Notes under the pieces: generated by a model
The model's input: the letters and a program-made list of their open reading frames with translations, nothing else
The model's database searches: none
Told to the model about the DNA's origin: nothing
In this document: piece by piece, positions 26,585-40,155 of the stretch
How positions within the stretch are numbered: position 1 is the stretch's first letter
Layout: every line of letters starts with the position of its first letter
DNA from: Octopus sinensis
Taxonomy: Eukaryota
Direction of reading: 5' to 3'
Length of the DNA stretch: 64,000 nt
Assembly: GCF_006345805.1 (NCBI RefSeq)
Contig: NC_043006.1
Span: 55,924,001 to 55,988,000 of the forward strand
Made by a program: the position numbers and the translations under genes

Positions 26585-27859
26585 TAGTCCAATTTACTCC
26601 ATGTATCTGGTCGAACCCTGCAAACAAATAAAAAAAAATCAAGTGATGTCTTTCCATATTTATTTTTGGAGTGTAGTTGATGGAATGTTATTGAGCCCGA
26701 AAGGATGAAATGTGAAACTGAGACCCGCTCATATTTGAATTAAAAACATAATATAGAGTAAGTAAATACATAATATAGAGTAAGTTAAACCACGATTTGA
26801 TTATTTCTGTCACACTTCACCCTCCGTCGCTCAACTATTTTTATCACACTTCTCTACTCCATCTTCTAAAGTGTCTATCACTCCTACCTTTGGTCATTCT
26901 TCTGGGGGTATTTTGGGGTTGTTGTTTTTTTTTTTTGAGGTGAGGCGAGTAATGTAAAATTCATTCCAAACAAACCGACGCAATACTGCACTACATATAC
27001 ATAACATTCTATAATGTTGACAATCTCTTGAGAATGTTTACATTCCTCACTGGCTATGTCTTCTTCCTATTTTGGTATTTTAAAAATAAAATACGGCTTT
27101 TATCCTGGTGCTTCTAACTGAAATTAACGGGCGATAAACAAAAAGCAAACATGCATTGTTTTGCAAAAATATGGTACAAGCGAATCCCCAAACCTTACTT
27201 TCAGTAATGTGACATGTTTAATAAATATATATTATCATACGCCACACAGAAATTAGTAAATTTTAAAAACAATTTCCATACGACACTCCCTTTCTTATAA
27301 AATATATTGAGGTCATTCCTGTACACTATCTCTCCATCATATATTTCCACCACCTCGTAGTGTTATCTGAAAATAACATACGAACACACAATGGCACACC
27401 TTACAAGTAAATAAATCTTCTAAAGTAAATAATATATAAAAAATAAACTGATGTTAGAATACGATCAGAGTGCAAAAGATTTTGTTCAAACTTATCAAAT
27501 TTCCTTTAAACGTTCTTAACTTGTATTCAGTAGTCACTTCAAACTTTCATCTGAATACTTTAAAATCCGGGATACATTCCTCCTACATGGGAATAGTATA
27601 ACGAAAAGAAGGTTTGCTAACCTCTTTAACAACGGCACTTATAATTCAAAAGCTCCCTAGAAAAGAAAACAGTACACCCACACAAGCGGTTATACCGATA
27701 TGTACTTTTAATTGTATTTCTTGCGTTCACTACAATAGACATGTTAATATTATCTCAAGTCCAACATATTTTAGACATTTAGTATGTAATCATAAAGGAT
27801 TACACATTTTACACATAAAGAAGTCACGTCTATAGACTTTGAATTATATATAGAGACAG

Positions 27860-28122
27860 CCCAGCTTAAAAGGATAAAGACCCCCTTGGGTCATGAATGA
27901 CCATTGGATTGCACCTAGAAAGTTACCTTCGGATGTACAAGTCCGGGCAAGGTTGTTTATGGAAAACCAGCAGTCGCCCACGCAAACAAGCTTCCCCACT
28001 CTACGCTATTGATCTTATCCAAGAGAAAGACAAAAGCCGATACAACTTGGCACCTGTAACGTCAAAACTCATTTCTACAGCTGAGTGAACTGGAGCAATC
28101 TGAAAATAAAGTGTCTTGCTCT
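27860..28122 (-). mobile_element. SINE body, same family as 45830-46150
   Basis: Reverse-complement similarity in gagcaagacacttt, gtagaaatgagt and ggtaactt..taggtgcaatcc. Confidence 0.7.
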
Positions 28123-28984
28123 TTTGTCACTTCCATTATAGTTTCGAAAAAATGACTGTTAAAATCGAACTGCACTCTTTAAAACTTGCCCTAAGAATAT
28201 TAAAAAGGTAAAATTACTACCTACTTTATAGCAAGTTGATGCAGGTAATTTATCTCGTCCATCTCCGACTTTTAGTTCATGCAATTGACAAAATCGCATT
28301 ATTAATGGGATGTATATATATATATATATATATATATCCGGCTCGTTACTGTCAGCGTTCAAATCCCGCCATGGTTGACTTCGCCTTTCATCAATTTGGA
28401 GTCGATAAAATAACAATTACCAATTGAGCACTGGTATCAGTACAATCAAATAGCCCCCACCCTCCAAAATTTCAGGTCTTGCAACTATAGCAGAAAGGAT
28501 TATTAGTATTATCAGTATTATTATTGTTTTCGATAAACTAGTACTCTTTGAGCTGTGGAATCGGTGTATTCGATTAGCCTAAGATTTCGTCTAAGATGTC
28601 AGTCCTTGTGCTTATCGTAGAAAAGATCATCATCGCCATCTTTATTATTTTTATATATTTTTTAAAAGTTAATTAATATTATATGATCTTATATATTTCC
28701 ATCATTTTCACTTCTTTCCTATTCATCTATCCTGATATATAATATCTTAATGTATATGCACTGTACACCCCACTTCTTTACTCTTTAATGTAAATTTCAA
28801 ACTTTCAAATCCACCGCAACTTAAATCAATCTAGAAGGGATTGCCTCCCTTATAATAGCTGACCACAGGGGTACACATGTTTATATAACTTCTCTATTCT
28901 CTGTTTGTCCACCCATTTTGACTGATGCTTCACCTACTTTTTCTATCTCCTTGACTTTTCTATCCCCTCTTCCACCTTCTAAAT

Positions 28985-29750
28985 GATGTGCCAAAATTCT
29001 GCTACTTGAGAAGCATCCTCTCAAACAATGCCCAACTGGACGAAGAGATTAGCCAACGATTGTCTAAGACAGGCTCAGCTTTCGGTAGACCCCAGCACAA
29101 ACGGTAGAGAGACCAGTACATCTGGCTGGTCACAAAGATCAACGTGTACCAGGCAGCAGTACCTCTCTCATATGTGGTTGTGAAACATGGATCCTCTACA
29201 GACGCCATATCAGATGGCTAGACACTCCGCTGCTTCGCTCAACTTGTAACATCAAGTGATAGGACAAAGACCCCAACACAGGTCCTTAAAAGCTGTAACA
29301 TTCTATAGGTAAAGAGAGTTTCCTTATCAAAGTGCAACTGTGGCGGGTTGGTCGTGTGAAATGCATGGAAGATACTCGCATATCTAAAGCGCTATATATG
29401 TTCCGCCATTGCTCCTTTATAATGACACTCTAAAGGCCTGCTTGAAATTCTGATAGATAAACTTGTTCACAAGGATAGTACTCGGTAGAGAGGCTGTTGC
29501 TGTCAAGCCATCTCCGACTTTGAGTCAGCCAGGATCAACATTCTATTGGAGAAACCAGTCCAGCAGAGAGCCGGGTCTAATTTTGGCCCGAGATGACGGA
29601 TACCGCTACTGCAGCATCGGCAACCGTTTCTGCAAATCCCGAATATATCTGAATATCCACATAGAACAACATGGCAGAGCATCGAACTCTGAGCATTTAA
29701 CAGATGTGTTTTACTGAATGCTCATTCGCCGAAGAGAGAAGAGAGTGCAG
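28985..29750 (+). mobile_element. Decayed RTE LINE 3' fragment
   Basis: YLRSILSNNAQLDEEISQRLSKTGSAFGR..TKINVYQAAV..YGCETW. Confidence 0.75.
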
Positions 29751-29754
29751 TGAG

Positions 29755-29814
<60 letters not shown>

Positions 29815-29824
29815 TGTTTGTGTG

Positions 29825-29855
<31 letters not shown>

Positions 29856-29960
29856 AAAGAAAATTGATTTTATACATATGCGAATAAACCAAACATAAAA
29901 TGATGTAGTTTATGAAATAAAACATAGATGTCAATATAGAGTGAAATGATTAACTGAGCA

Positions 29961-30067
29961 TTAAAACAAAAAGTTTCCAAACAATATCAAAGAGAAAAAC
30001 ATTGATGTGAAATAGGTCAGAATTCTTCCCTGGAAAGTCCAAATATTCTGGGATCCACTTGTTAGTT
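29961..30067 (-). CDS. Terminal exon of the cholinesterase-like gene encoding a GPI-anchor-like signal
   Basis: Acceptor ttttatttttcAG, phase 1 matching the upstream donor. ELTSGSQNIWTFQGRILTYFTSMFFSLILFGNFLF* has a small-residue omega region, a spacer and a hydrophobic tail. Confidence 0.7.
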
Positions 30068-30191
30068 CTGAAAAATAAAATGGAATAAAATAATCTTTTG
30101 TTAATGAGCTGTATCTCATTGACATAATACGTGTTAATTGTATGTTATGTTGTAAGTATATTCTATAACAGACATACAATGATATATGTAT

Positions 30192-30292
<101 letters not shown>

Positions 30293-30381
30293 CACTTTAT
30301 GTATCAAAAGTCCATGCATTTATTTGTAAAGTTAAGGAACTTATAAAAAATTGAAACGCACCAGTGACTTCTAGGACACCC

Positions 30382-30523
<142 letters not shown>

Positions 30524-30768
30524 TTATTTATTGTAGTTATTATCAGTGTATTTTGGCGATTTAAATAAGAGCTTTGACTGTTATTTCCGCAGGTAGACAT
30601 ACTTGTTATGCTCTTTGATTAATTTTAACCCTTCATTTATTTAATGCTTTCTTGGGACCTGCAATCGCCTATATTATTGATTCTGTTATTATCATTTTAA
30701 AATTGTTACACTAGATAATAATAGAGTCAATGATATCTTCGCAAATATTTTCTAAATCATTTTGCTCT

Positions 30769-30824
<56 letters not shown>

Positions 30825-31013
30825 GAGAGAGAGATTCTGGTATCGAGAGGACTCAAAAGGCAGGCAAAGCTATGTATGTGTTACGGAAGGACCACTTTTA
30901 TACTCCCGGTTCGATGATAAAAGTATCGTGTGTGAGCGGGTGAATGCTGAATAAAATGAGATAACAAAGCCAAGGCAGAGTGAAATTTCTACGACATTTA
31001 TAAAGAGAAAGGT

Positions 31014-31063
31014 AGTTTTACAGCAGTTTCGGGGATAATAAAGGATATCCCATCATCAGAGAC
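31014..31063 (-). ncRNA. Hammerhead ribozyme motif, slightly decayed, intronic
   Basis: gtct CTGATGA t gggata-tcctttat-tatccc c GAAA ctgctg TA aaac. Confidence 0.6.
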
Positions 31064-31154
31064 GACATGAGAGAGATAAATAGAAGGAAATAAGAGAATT
31101 CAATATGAGTTATTTTGGAAAGGGGGAAATATAGGAGTATAAAGGAAGATATAT

Positions 31155-31384
31155 TTTTCTTTACTACCCACAAGGGGCTAAACACAGAGAGGACAAACAA
31201 GGATAGACAAAGGGATTAAGTCGATTACATCGACCCCAGTGCGTAACTGGTACTTAATTTATCGACCCCGAGAGGATGAAAGGCAAAGTTGACCTCGGCG
31301 AAATTTGAACTCGGAACGTAACGACAGACGAAATACGGCTACGCATTTCGCCCGGCGCGCTAACGTTTCTGCCAGCTCGCCGCC
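31155..31384 (-). mobile_element. Full-length Nin/Deu-like SINE with a 15-bp target-site duplication
   Basis: TSD taaaggaagatatat at 31140-31154 and 31385-31399; tRNA-like head at the right end. Confidence 0.9.
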
Positions 31385-31692
31385 TAAAGGAAGATATATG
31401 TTGGATGTTGTAGTCGCAGCTCCTTTATCCAATAAGGTGCTGTGTAGAATGGTATAGAGGCTTCTTGTCCATAGTATTGAAATTCTGATACGAATTCATT
31501 TTGTTATTATAAATGGATTGTGTGTAGATATGAATTCCATATGCTGTTCATTCAAAGGAATCTTGTAGTGTAAAATTTTACATTACAAGATCTCTGGCTG
31601 CAGGCAAATGACTGAAACAAGTAAAGGAATAAAGGAGTACATACATTCATACATACACACACACATACATTATGTGCATACATACATATTTA

Positions 31693-32775
31693 CGAGGGGC
31701 GTTCAATAAGTAATGCCTCTGACCCACTTGCAGTTGTTTGATCTAGCTGAAAATTTACATGTGCAATTATTTATATCTCTAAAGATTAGGTGGCAAATTA
31801 CAGCTCTGAACTAATTGTGGTTTCTGATATACAGGTGTTTGAACTGAGTCAAGTGTGAAATGGAGCCTGTTGAGTGTCGAGCAGTGATCCGGTTTTTGTA
31901 TTTGAAAGGACGCACACCACGGGAGACTTTTGATGAAATGAAAGTAACTTATGGTGATGATGCCCCATCATATGACCTTGTAAAACGCTGGCATCGTGAA
32001 TTCAAACATGGTTGGAACTCTGTGGAAACAGCTCCTAGATCTGGTCGCCCCCCTTCTGCCATTGATGAGGCATCTGTCCATCAAGTTGAGGCTGTCATTT
32101 TGGAAGATCGACGCATAACTATTCGTCAAATAGCCCATGAGGTCAATTTTAGTACCGGGTCTGTGGAAACTATCATTCATGACCATTTGCATATGCAAAA
32201 GGTGTCTGCCAGATGGATTCCCAGGTTGCTCACACCTTTCCAGAAGCAAGAACGCGTCGAGTGCTCGAGGATGAATTTGGAGATGTGCCAAGAAGATGAG
32301 TAAAAATTTTTCAAAAGACTTATTACACAGGATGAAACCTGGGTCCATCACTATGATCCAGAGACCAAAGCCCAGTCAATGCAGTGGAGGCACCGTGACT
32401 CACCTCCTCCAAAGAAGCAAGGGTGCAGCCCTCCGCAGGCAAGGTCATGCTCACAGTCCTCTGGGACCAGGACGGAGTAGTGATGACAGATTTCCTGGCA
32501 AAGGGTAGCACAATTACAGGAGCCTATTATGCTTCACTTTTGAGGAAATTAAGAGAAGCTATCAAAATCAAGAGGCGGGGCAAGATCAGCAAAGGCATCC
32601 TCCTCCTGCAGGACAACGCTCCGGTCTACAACTCGCGTGTCGCCAGATCAGAAGCACAGGCGTGCGGCTATGAACTCCTCCCCCATCCCCCCTACTCTCC
32701 TGACCTTGCACCCTCTGATTTTCACCTCATCCCAGCCATGAAGTTGTTTTTGAAAGGAAAGTGTTTCCCAGATGT
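31693..32775 (+). mobile_element. Mariner (DD34D) transposon, 3'-truncated, with a stop codon and a frameshift
   Basis: TIR ta|cgaggggcgttcaataag; motifs ARWIPRLLT, DETWVHHYDPETK, LLQDNAP, HPPYSPDLAPSDFHL. Confidence 0.92.
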
Positions 32776-32865
32776 ATGAGTGTATAAGTCTATATTGTGT
32801 GTACTGGTGAATATATGACAACAGTCAGCAGAGAAAATGAGAGAACGAAATATATATAAAGTTAC

Positions 32866-33044
32866 CTGGACACAAAGGTCTCTTTAATTTTGGGAGAAGT
32901 TCACTCCACACACCGCATATGTTGTTCATGTAATTCTCCTTCGTCTCAGATTTTTTGTCAATCACAATATATTTCTGGCTTTCGAGTGTGAACTTGGGCC
33001 ATGGATCATTGGAGCAATCAAAACAATCTCCATTGTTAGGATTA
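32866..33044 (-). CDS. Cholinesterase-like gene, second coding exon (not in the ORF track)
   Basis: ttttccAG..GTaact boundaries, phase 2 in and phase 1 out. Encodes (G)NPNNGDCFDCSNDPWPKFTLESQKYIVID..ICGVWSELLPKLKRPLCP, the conserved cholinesterase C-terminal block. Confidence 0.9.
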
Positions 33045-33361
33045 CTGGAAAATAATGAAACAAAGAGAAATCAAAACTTTAGGTAAGTGAGGCTTTGTGC
33101 TTATGGTAGGAAACATGATAGGAAATATTTTATGCAAGTGACTGGAGATGAATTGATAGATTCGTTAGAACATCGGACAAGATGTCTTTACTGCTCCTTA
33201 TATGTGTGTTCAAATTCCCACCGAGGTCAACTTCAATCCTTTTTGGATAAACAAAATAGTGTAGCAGTAATTACTGAAATCGATTTAGTCTACAGTAACC
33301 TCCCTTTAAAATGAATGACTTGTGTCTGTGTCAGAATAAAACGTTAAGTATGATGTGTTCA

Positions 33362-33395
<34 letters not shown>

Positions 33396-34049
33396 TATGT
33401 GAGTTCATGTGTATATGTGCGTGTTTGTATCTGTGTGTATGTGTATGTGTGTGTATGTGTGTGTATGTGTGTGTATCACTTTGTAGTGATGTATAGATTT
33501 TATTTATTAATATATAAAGTAGTTGAAAAATTGTCAAGAGTTAACCAAAAAAGTCTGTCATCCGTTTAATGCCTCAAAGAAAGCTTATTGCAACTAAAAA
33601 CATAGTTTGACCTCTTCTGACCTGCCATGAACCAGCCTCCCTCCAAATACTTCTTTATTTATTTTATATTTGTTTCATTTTTATCTTTCTAACCAAGCCT
33701 CCAAAATCTCTGAAATACACTTTGTTTCAAAATTCACTACACCTAACTGCATACGCAAGCATATAGATTCTATACGACAAAGAACATCTTAAATACCACT
33801 CCTCAAACATTCTTTTTGGAAAACTCAAGAAGAAAAATTGAACTTATTCCGTTTTATTTATTTATTTATTTGTTTGTTTGCTTCTGTGATCAGACTGCAG
33901 CCGGGATGGAACAGTACTTTGAAGAATTTCAGTCGCACAAATCGACCCCCGTACTTATTATTTTTTTCTTTAAGCTTGGTGCTTATTCTGTCTGTCTCTT
34001 TTTGCCGAAACACTAGTTACGCAGACATAATAATAATTAAATTTCGAAC

Positions 34050-34360
34050 AGAGTAGCAAGCCTCCCTCTGAAATGGACCGAGGGGGAGTTTTCTCAGAAA
34101 GGTCGAGCAGAATTGATGAATGTCTTTGTCACCTCCGTCATTGTTTACCGCCTGCCTATTGTTTTATCATAATCCTCGTCCTACCAAAGTGAAGTGGCTA
34201 CCTTTTTGCTGTTCAGTTCACACATCTGCTGTCAATATCATCAGGAAGGTGGGCTCAATATGTCGTTACCATTTGTGTACAGTTACGTGCTGATACTGTA
34301 TCACATATAGAAATTCCTGGCAACTGAGCGGGTATGGTCTCCGTTTGTAAGACTCACCTT
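34050..34360 (+). mobile_element. Decayed L1/Tx1 ORF2 fragment in an intron
   Basis: Reads SQKGRAELMNVFVTSVIVYRL, resembling the L1/Tx1 LS..GR block. Confidence 0.5.
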
Positions 34361-34493
34361 ACTGCATTTCATTGTTTTGCCGAAGTCGATTTGCTCGAGT
34401 AGAGTTTGTCAAGGCGTTGGCCCAGCATGACCTCAGTCTAATGACAGAATCAGATAAAAAGAAGATACACACACAAGCAAATAGTATAGAAAA

Positions 34494-34544
<51 letters not shown>

Positions 34545-34552
34545 AGACTCAC

Positions 34553-36041
34553 CCTGATTTAGAAAAGTTAACAAAAGAACTGGTCAGTTTTTCTGTTACT
34601 AATTTATCCTTCTCTGAAAAAATTTTTCCGGATAACGGGTGCCCAAACGCAAAAAAATTATCATAACCATGCATGACACCCAACCATTTCGGCCAGGGAG
34701 TTAATCGCGATAGAAACTCGAAAGAATACATGTAGACATTGGAATGGGTGCTGAATTGCTCGGCCAATTTGATAGCAGGACATTTAAATGATGTATCGCC
34801 AGCTACTTGTTCTATTATGTATCTGTATTTTTCAGTCTCAGGAAAGGAGAAGACACGAGAACCATAAAGATATGTGATAACATTCATTTGCTGAGGGTTT
34901 AGATATGTTGGCCGAGTAATATCATTCATTAGTTTATGTGCAGTATCTGTTCTCATCGGGACAATCTTATTTATGGGGAATTGTTTGGGGAATGCCGACA
35001 GAAGAAAGAGACTTCCTTCGTTTTCGACAAACCCTGTTAGCACATCTTTTTTCACAGTTTTATCATTCAGTATTTCGCTTGGTTTTCCTGGTAAGAAATA
35101 ATTGTCGACAACAGGGGTGAAGGTAACTTTTATGAAGTCATCTACATTGTAAAATTGTGCTAGAGCTAGAGTGTTAGCATCAGCTTCTAAAAAGCAATCT
35201 ATCATCGCTTTAGTGTTATTCATGGGACATTTAAGAGCAAAAGCCATTGCCTTTGCTCTATCAATATTTTGTCTAATGGTCTAAATGCCCAGGTAGAGGT
35301 AGGTGACCCACTCATCATAATAGCATTCCTGAAAAGCTTCCGAGAAAGTGGGGAAACAACATGAAAACCAACAGATGCTGCACCAGCACTTTGTCCAAAT
35401 AGTGTCAGTTTATCAGGGTCTCCTCCGAATGATGCAATATTATCGCGGATCCACTGTATAGCGAGGTTTTGATCAAGCAGTCCCATATTGCCTGGAGCAC
35501 GCTCATCATTTAAAGAAAGGAAACCAAATGGCCCTACTCTGTAATTCATTGATGCAACGATAATATTTTGACTGGCAGCTAACCATTTTCCATTATATAA
35601 TTCCACTGTGGTCGTCCCTGAAACAAATGCACCTCCATGTATCCAAATCATTGTGGTTAAATTTGAACGGAGTGTTCGTGCTTCTGAAGGCGCCCAAATA
35701 TTCAAATAAAGACAATCTTCGCTTATATTAGTTTTTATTTTCCATATCTCTGAACCCTTAAGATCATCATATTTTTTACTTACAGGTTGTACACAAGCCG
35801 CAACATGTTCCTTCGTTTCTTTTATACCACTCCACCGTTCAATTTTTTCAGGTCTTCTAAATCTTAGATTACCAACGGGAGGTTTAGCAAATGGTATTCC
35901 AAGAAATACATCAAGATCAACTTTCAGAACTGAAATTGTTGACCCTTTAATCTTTCCAGTGGTAGTATCAATTATCGGATCTAGCGCATAGACGTAAGTT
36001 TTTAACAGAGAAATTATGAAAATATATTTCAATCCTTCCAT
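34553..36041 (-). CDS. Cholinesterase-like carboxylesterase type B, main coding exon, with a 1-bp frameshift near 35267-35270
   Basis: Signal peptide, FLGIPFAKPPVGNLRF, SEDCLYLNIW, HGGAF, NYRVGPFGFL, GQSAG, ENEGSLF, GVMHGYD. Acceptor AG at 36072-36073, donor GTGAGT after 34553. Confidence 0.92.
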
Positions 36042-36150
36042 GATATTAATAGCTCAACTGCTGATGAAATTCTGAAAGAAAGAAGAAAAAAAATGTTTTT
36101 GAAAAAAACTTAGTTGAATCTGTGCAAAGTAGGTAAATTTTGTACTACTT

Positions 36151-36299
36151 ATCATTAGCTCGGCTTGCGCTGAGATAATCATTTCCTTTAATCATATTCA
36201 CTAAACATGTCTTCACAATGACACTGTGTCATTGTGAAGACATGTTTAGTGAATATGATTAAAGGAAATGATTATCTCAGCGCAAGCCGAGCTAATGAT
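36151..36299. repeat. Perfect palindrome with 74-bp arms and a 1-nt loop
   Basis: 36151-36224 is the reverse complement of 36226-36299. Confidence 0.95.
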
Positions 36300-36555
36300 T
36301 TTCCTAAGATGGAAATTTTTACTAAACAATGAACTGTTAGCACACTAATTGATATTATATAATATAATTTTAGAGCATCATTTTCAGCATATACGTGCAA
36401 ACACACATACACACAAACACACACACACACATACACACACACTTCACTCGAACACACAAACACATACGCACACACACACACATACATACATACATACATA
36501 ACACATACATACATACATACATACATACATACATACATACATACATACATACATA

Positions 36556-38700
36556 CCCCCACTCATGGATACTAGAAGCTCTTCAACTTACTAAAGTTCC
36601 AGTGAAAAGAGTGAAAGCCATAACAGACCTGACTTCATCGTGGGCCACCATCTTGAAATTAAACACAAAGAGTGACTGTATTATATCCGACAGAATACAA
36701 TATCGCAGAGGCATATTCCAAAGACACGGCCTCTCTGTGGTCTTTATATTTTCTGTAACCCCTTGTCATTTATGTTAAGGAAGTCTGAAGGATATTTCTC
36801 TGGTCCACAAGGAAATAGAAATACCTAAACTACACACTGTTTCTTTGTGGATGACTTAAAACTTTAAGCAAAGAATATGCATGAGATGAAAAAGAGTCTT
36901 GACCCAGTTACAATATTCTCAAAGGATGTAGGGTTGGAGTTATTGTATGGTTGTGAATGTTATTGTATGGTTGTGAAAAGGAAAACTATGAATTAGATCA
37001 GTAACATCTCCATCAATAATTTGACTGTTTCCCCTGTATCTGACGAGGAATGTTACAGGTCTCTAGGTCTGGATGAAAATATATCTTACAATGGCTCCTG
37101 TAGCAAGACACGTATCACTAAAGAATATTACTGCCGAATAAAGAAAATTTGGACCTCAGAACTCTCTGTATTCAATAAAACAGTGGCCCACAATGTGTTT
37201 GTAGTGCCAGTACTCATAGCAACATTTGAGCTGCTTGATTGGATGCTTGATGAGATCTGAGCCATTGATGTGAAAACCCGAAAAATACTAACAAGCATAC
37301 ATAATTTCAACATAACAGTTATGTAGACCGCCTCTACCTGAAACGTAAAGAAAGCAGCAGTGGCTTAACATCGATCGAAAATGCCTTTGAATGTCGCATC
37401 ATATCCTTTCAACAACATCTTTTAACCACCAAATGTCGAAGTGCATCCCTTTGACCAAGTTTGCATATACGACGTTGATAGCATCACTAGAGTTGGAAGG
37501 CAGCTCTTTGAGCAACAGTCTGTCTCTAATAACCTAGAATACATGTCCAAAGAAGTCGCACGGCTCTACCGCAACATATGATTAGATGAAAGGATGAGGC
37601 TATATGAGCAGAAGACTATGAAGTAGAAAGCCCTATGATGATAGTAACATTGATCATCGAACCAGTTTCTCATAGACGAATAGCCGGATTACTACATCCC
37701 ACTTTGAAGGGTATGCATTTGCAATCCAGAACAGGAGATAGCAATCAAGTACCTGATGCACAAAAGGGATAGAGATGCGGGAAAAGCCGTAAAATGTGAC
37801 AGCCGATGCAGAATTTGTAGAGTCCGCACTGAAGATATCACCCACATCATAAGCAGTTGTCCGAAAATGTCATCACGGTATTATCTACCATTGAGACATG
37901 ACGTTGCAGCTAGGACACTCTATAATGAAATCCGAGGACAAAGAAATGAAAACCCACAATAATAGAAGCCATAGTCACTCATAAGAAAAAGGAATATTGG
38001 TGTAATGTCCCAGTGAAGACGTCAATAAAATGTAAGCACAACAGACCAGATATAATGATTTGGGATAGAGAAGGGAAAATGTGCTCAGTTGTGGCAATTA
38101 GCTGCCCAACGGATGTTAACATAAAACTGTGTAGATCAGTGAAAAATAGAACACCTATGCTGATCTATTGCGAAATCTGCAGTTACTCTATCCATATTAC
38201 AAGTTCAGGTTTATACCTGTAATTATTAGGGCCCTGGGATATGTAACCAATCTTGAGAAATTAAGCTTCTCAAAACCAGAAAGGAGAAAGTTAATTCGAA
38301 GACTATAGATCCAATCCAGCTCTGGAACTGTTAAAAATTTTCAGAAGTTTATCATTTTAATATATATGAGCATGTCTAATTATGTAACTATATGCATGAA
38401 AATACATACATAAAACATACAAATCTGCACATACATACATACATACATACATACATACATACATACATAGACACACACACACATACATACATACATACAT
38501 ACATACATACATACATACATACATACATACATACATACATACATACACACACATACATACATACACACACATACAAACAAAATACCCTGTTGTTGATGTT
38601 GAAATTCCAATGAAGGAATCTTGGATCTAGGTTAGAAACCGCTTCTTTCTCTGTTGGCAAGAAATCTTGAAATAAACTGAATAGTAACATACAAACATAC
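36556..38700 (+). mobile_element. RLE-type (R4/Dong/NeSL-like) non-LTR retrotransposon, 5'-truncated and decayed
   Basis: RT motifs RRGIFQ and FFVDDLKL, CCHC CRICRVRTEDITHIISSC, RHD, endonuclease HNRPDIMIWD. Flanked by (CATA)n. Confidence 0.88.
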
Positions 38701-38914
38701 ATACATGCATACATACATACATACATACATACATACATACATACATACATACATACATACATACATACATACATACATGCAAACATAACTTGCCTGAAGA
38801 TTGTGTGCAGCTACAGGTGAAACTCAAATTAGACTGACTCCTGATCTTGAAAATAAAATATATTATTAATCCCTACCACGGTACTGACTACGTTTTTGGA
38901 CAGCTATCCACAAG

Positions 38915-39315
38915 ATGGATTTGGTATTGATGTTTGTTTTGTACAACTATCATTTCGACCCATCCTGCTACTATCCGTCATGGGTGTCATTCTATGCATC
39001 ATATTGTGTAATATACATTTTGCAGTCATCATGTACATTCATACGTAAGGTGGTGTCTTTCAAAAGATCTTGAGTTTGGGTGGTCATGTTTATATTTGCC
39101 CGCTCCAGTGAGGGAATGAGCGGGCAAATAAAAACATGACCGCCCAAACTCAAGATCTTTAACGAAACAGCACTCTATGAATGAATGTACCTGATGTGAT
39201 CCAAACTGCAAAATGGATACAACACAACATTATGCACGGATTGCCACCCATAAGAGACAGTAGCAGGATGAGTTGAAAGGATCGTCGTACAAAATAATGA
39301 CCAATACCAAATCCA
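38915..39315. repeat. Old fold-back element with ~190-bp diverged arms
   Basis: aagatcttgagtttgggtggtcatgttt..tttgcccgctc / gagcgggcaaa..aaacatgaccgcccaaactcaagatctt; outer ggatttggtattg / caataccaaatcc. Confidence 0.85.
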
Positions 39316-39486
39316 ACTTCTGTATCCTTAATCTATTAATATCTCAGCTAACACTGCGGAATTCCTTAAGGAGATCGAACGGAAATATAGGTCAACTGAA
39401 CACATCACCACACTTATTAACATACGCCCATTGGTCCAAAATATTACATTTATGTCGACATGTATGAATGTGTGTGTGTGTATATA

Positions 39487-39704
39487 TATCTTTTACTCTT
39501 TTACTTGTTTCAGTCATTTGACTGCGGCCATGCTGGAACACCACCATTAGTCGAGCAAATCGACCCCAGTAAGCCTAATACTTATTCTATTGGTCTCTTT
39601 TGCCGAACCGCTAAGTTACGGGGACGTAAAAACACCAACGTCGGTTGTCAAGCGATGTTGGGGAGACAAACACACACACACGCACACACACACGCACACA
39701 CACA

Positions 39705-39776
<72 letters not shown>

Positions 39777-39945
39777 CATATATACGATGGGCTTCTTTCA
39801 GTTTCCGTCTACCATATCCACTCGCAAGGCTTGGTCGGCCTGAGGCTATATTAGAAGACATTTGCCGAAGATTCCACGCAGTAGGGCTGAACCCAGAACC
39901 ATGTCGTTGGTAAGCAAGCCACTTACCACACAGCCACTCCTGCGA
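39487..39945 (-). mobile_element. CORE-like tRNA SINE with an internal microsatellite
   Basis: Reverse complement of 55545-55990. Further copies at ~44198-44356, 46860-47125, 49515-49900, 51290-51670 and 58030-58170. Confidence 0.85.
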
Positions 39946-39970
39946 CATGTATATATGTGTGTGTGTGTGT

Positions 39971-40099
<129 letters not shown>

Positions 40100-40108
40100 G
40101 GATAGATG

Positions 40109-40155
<47 letters not shown>

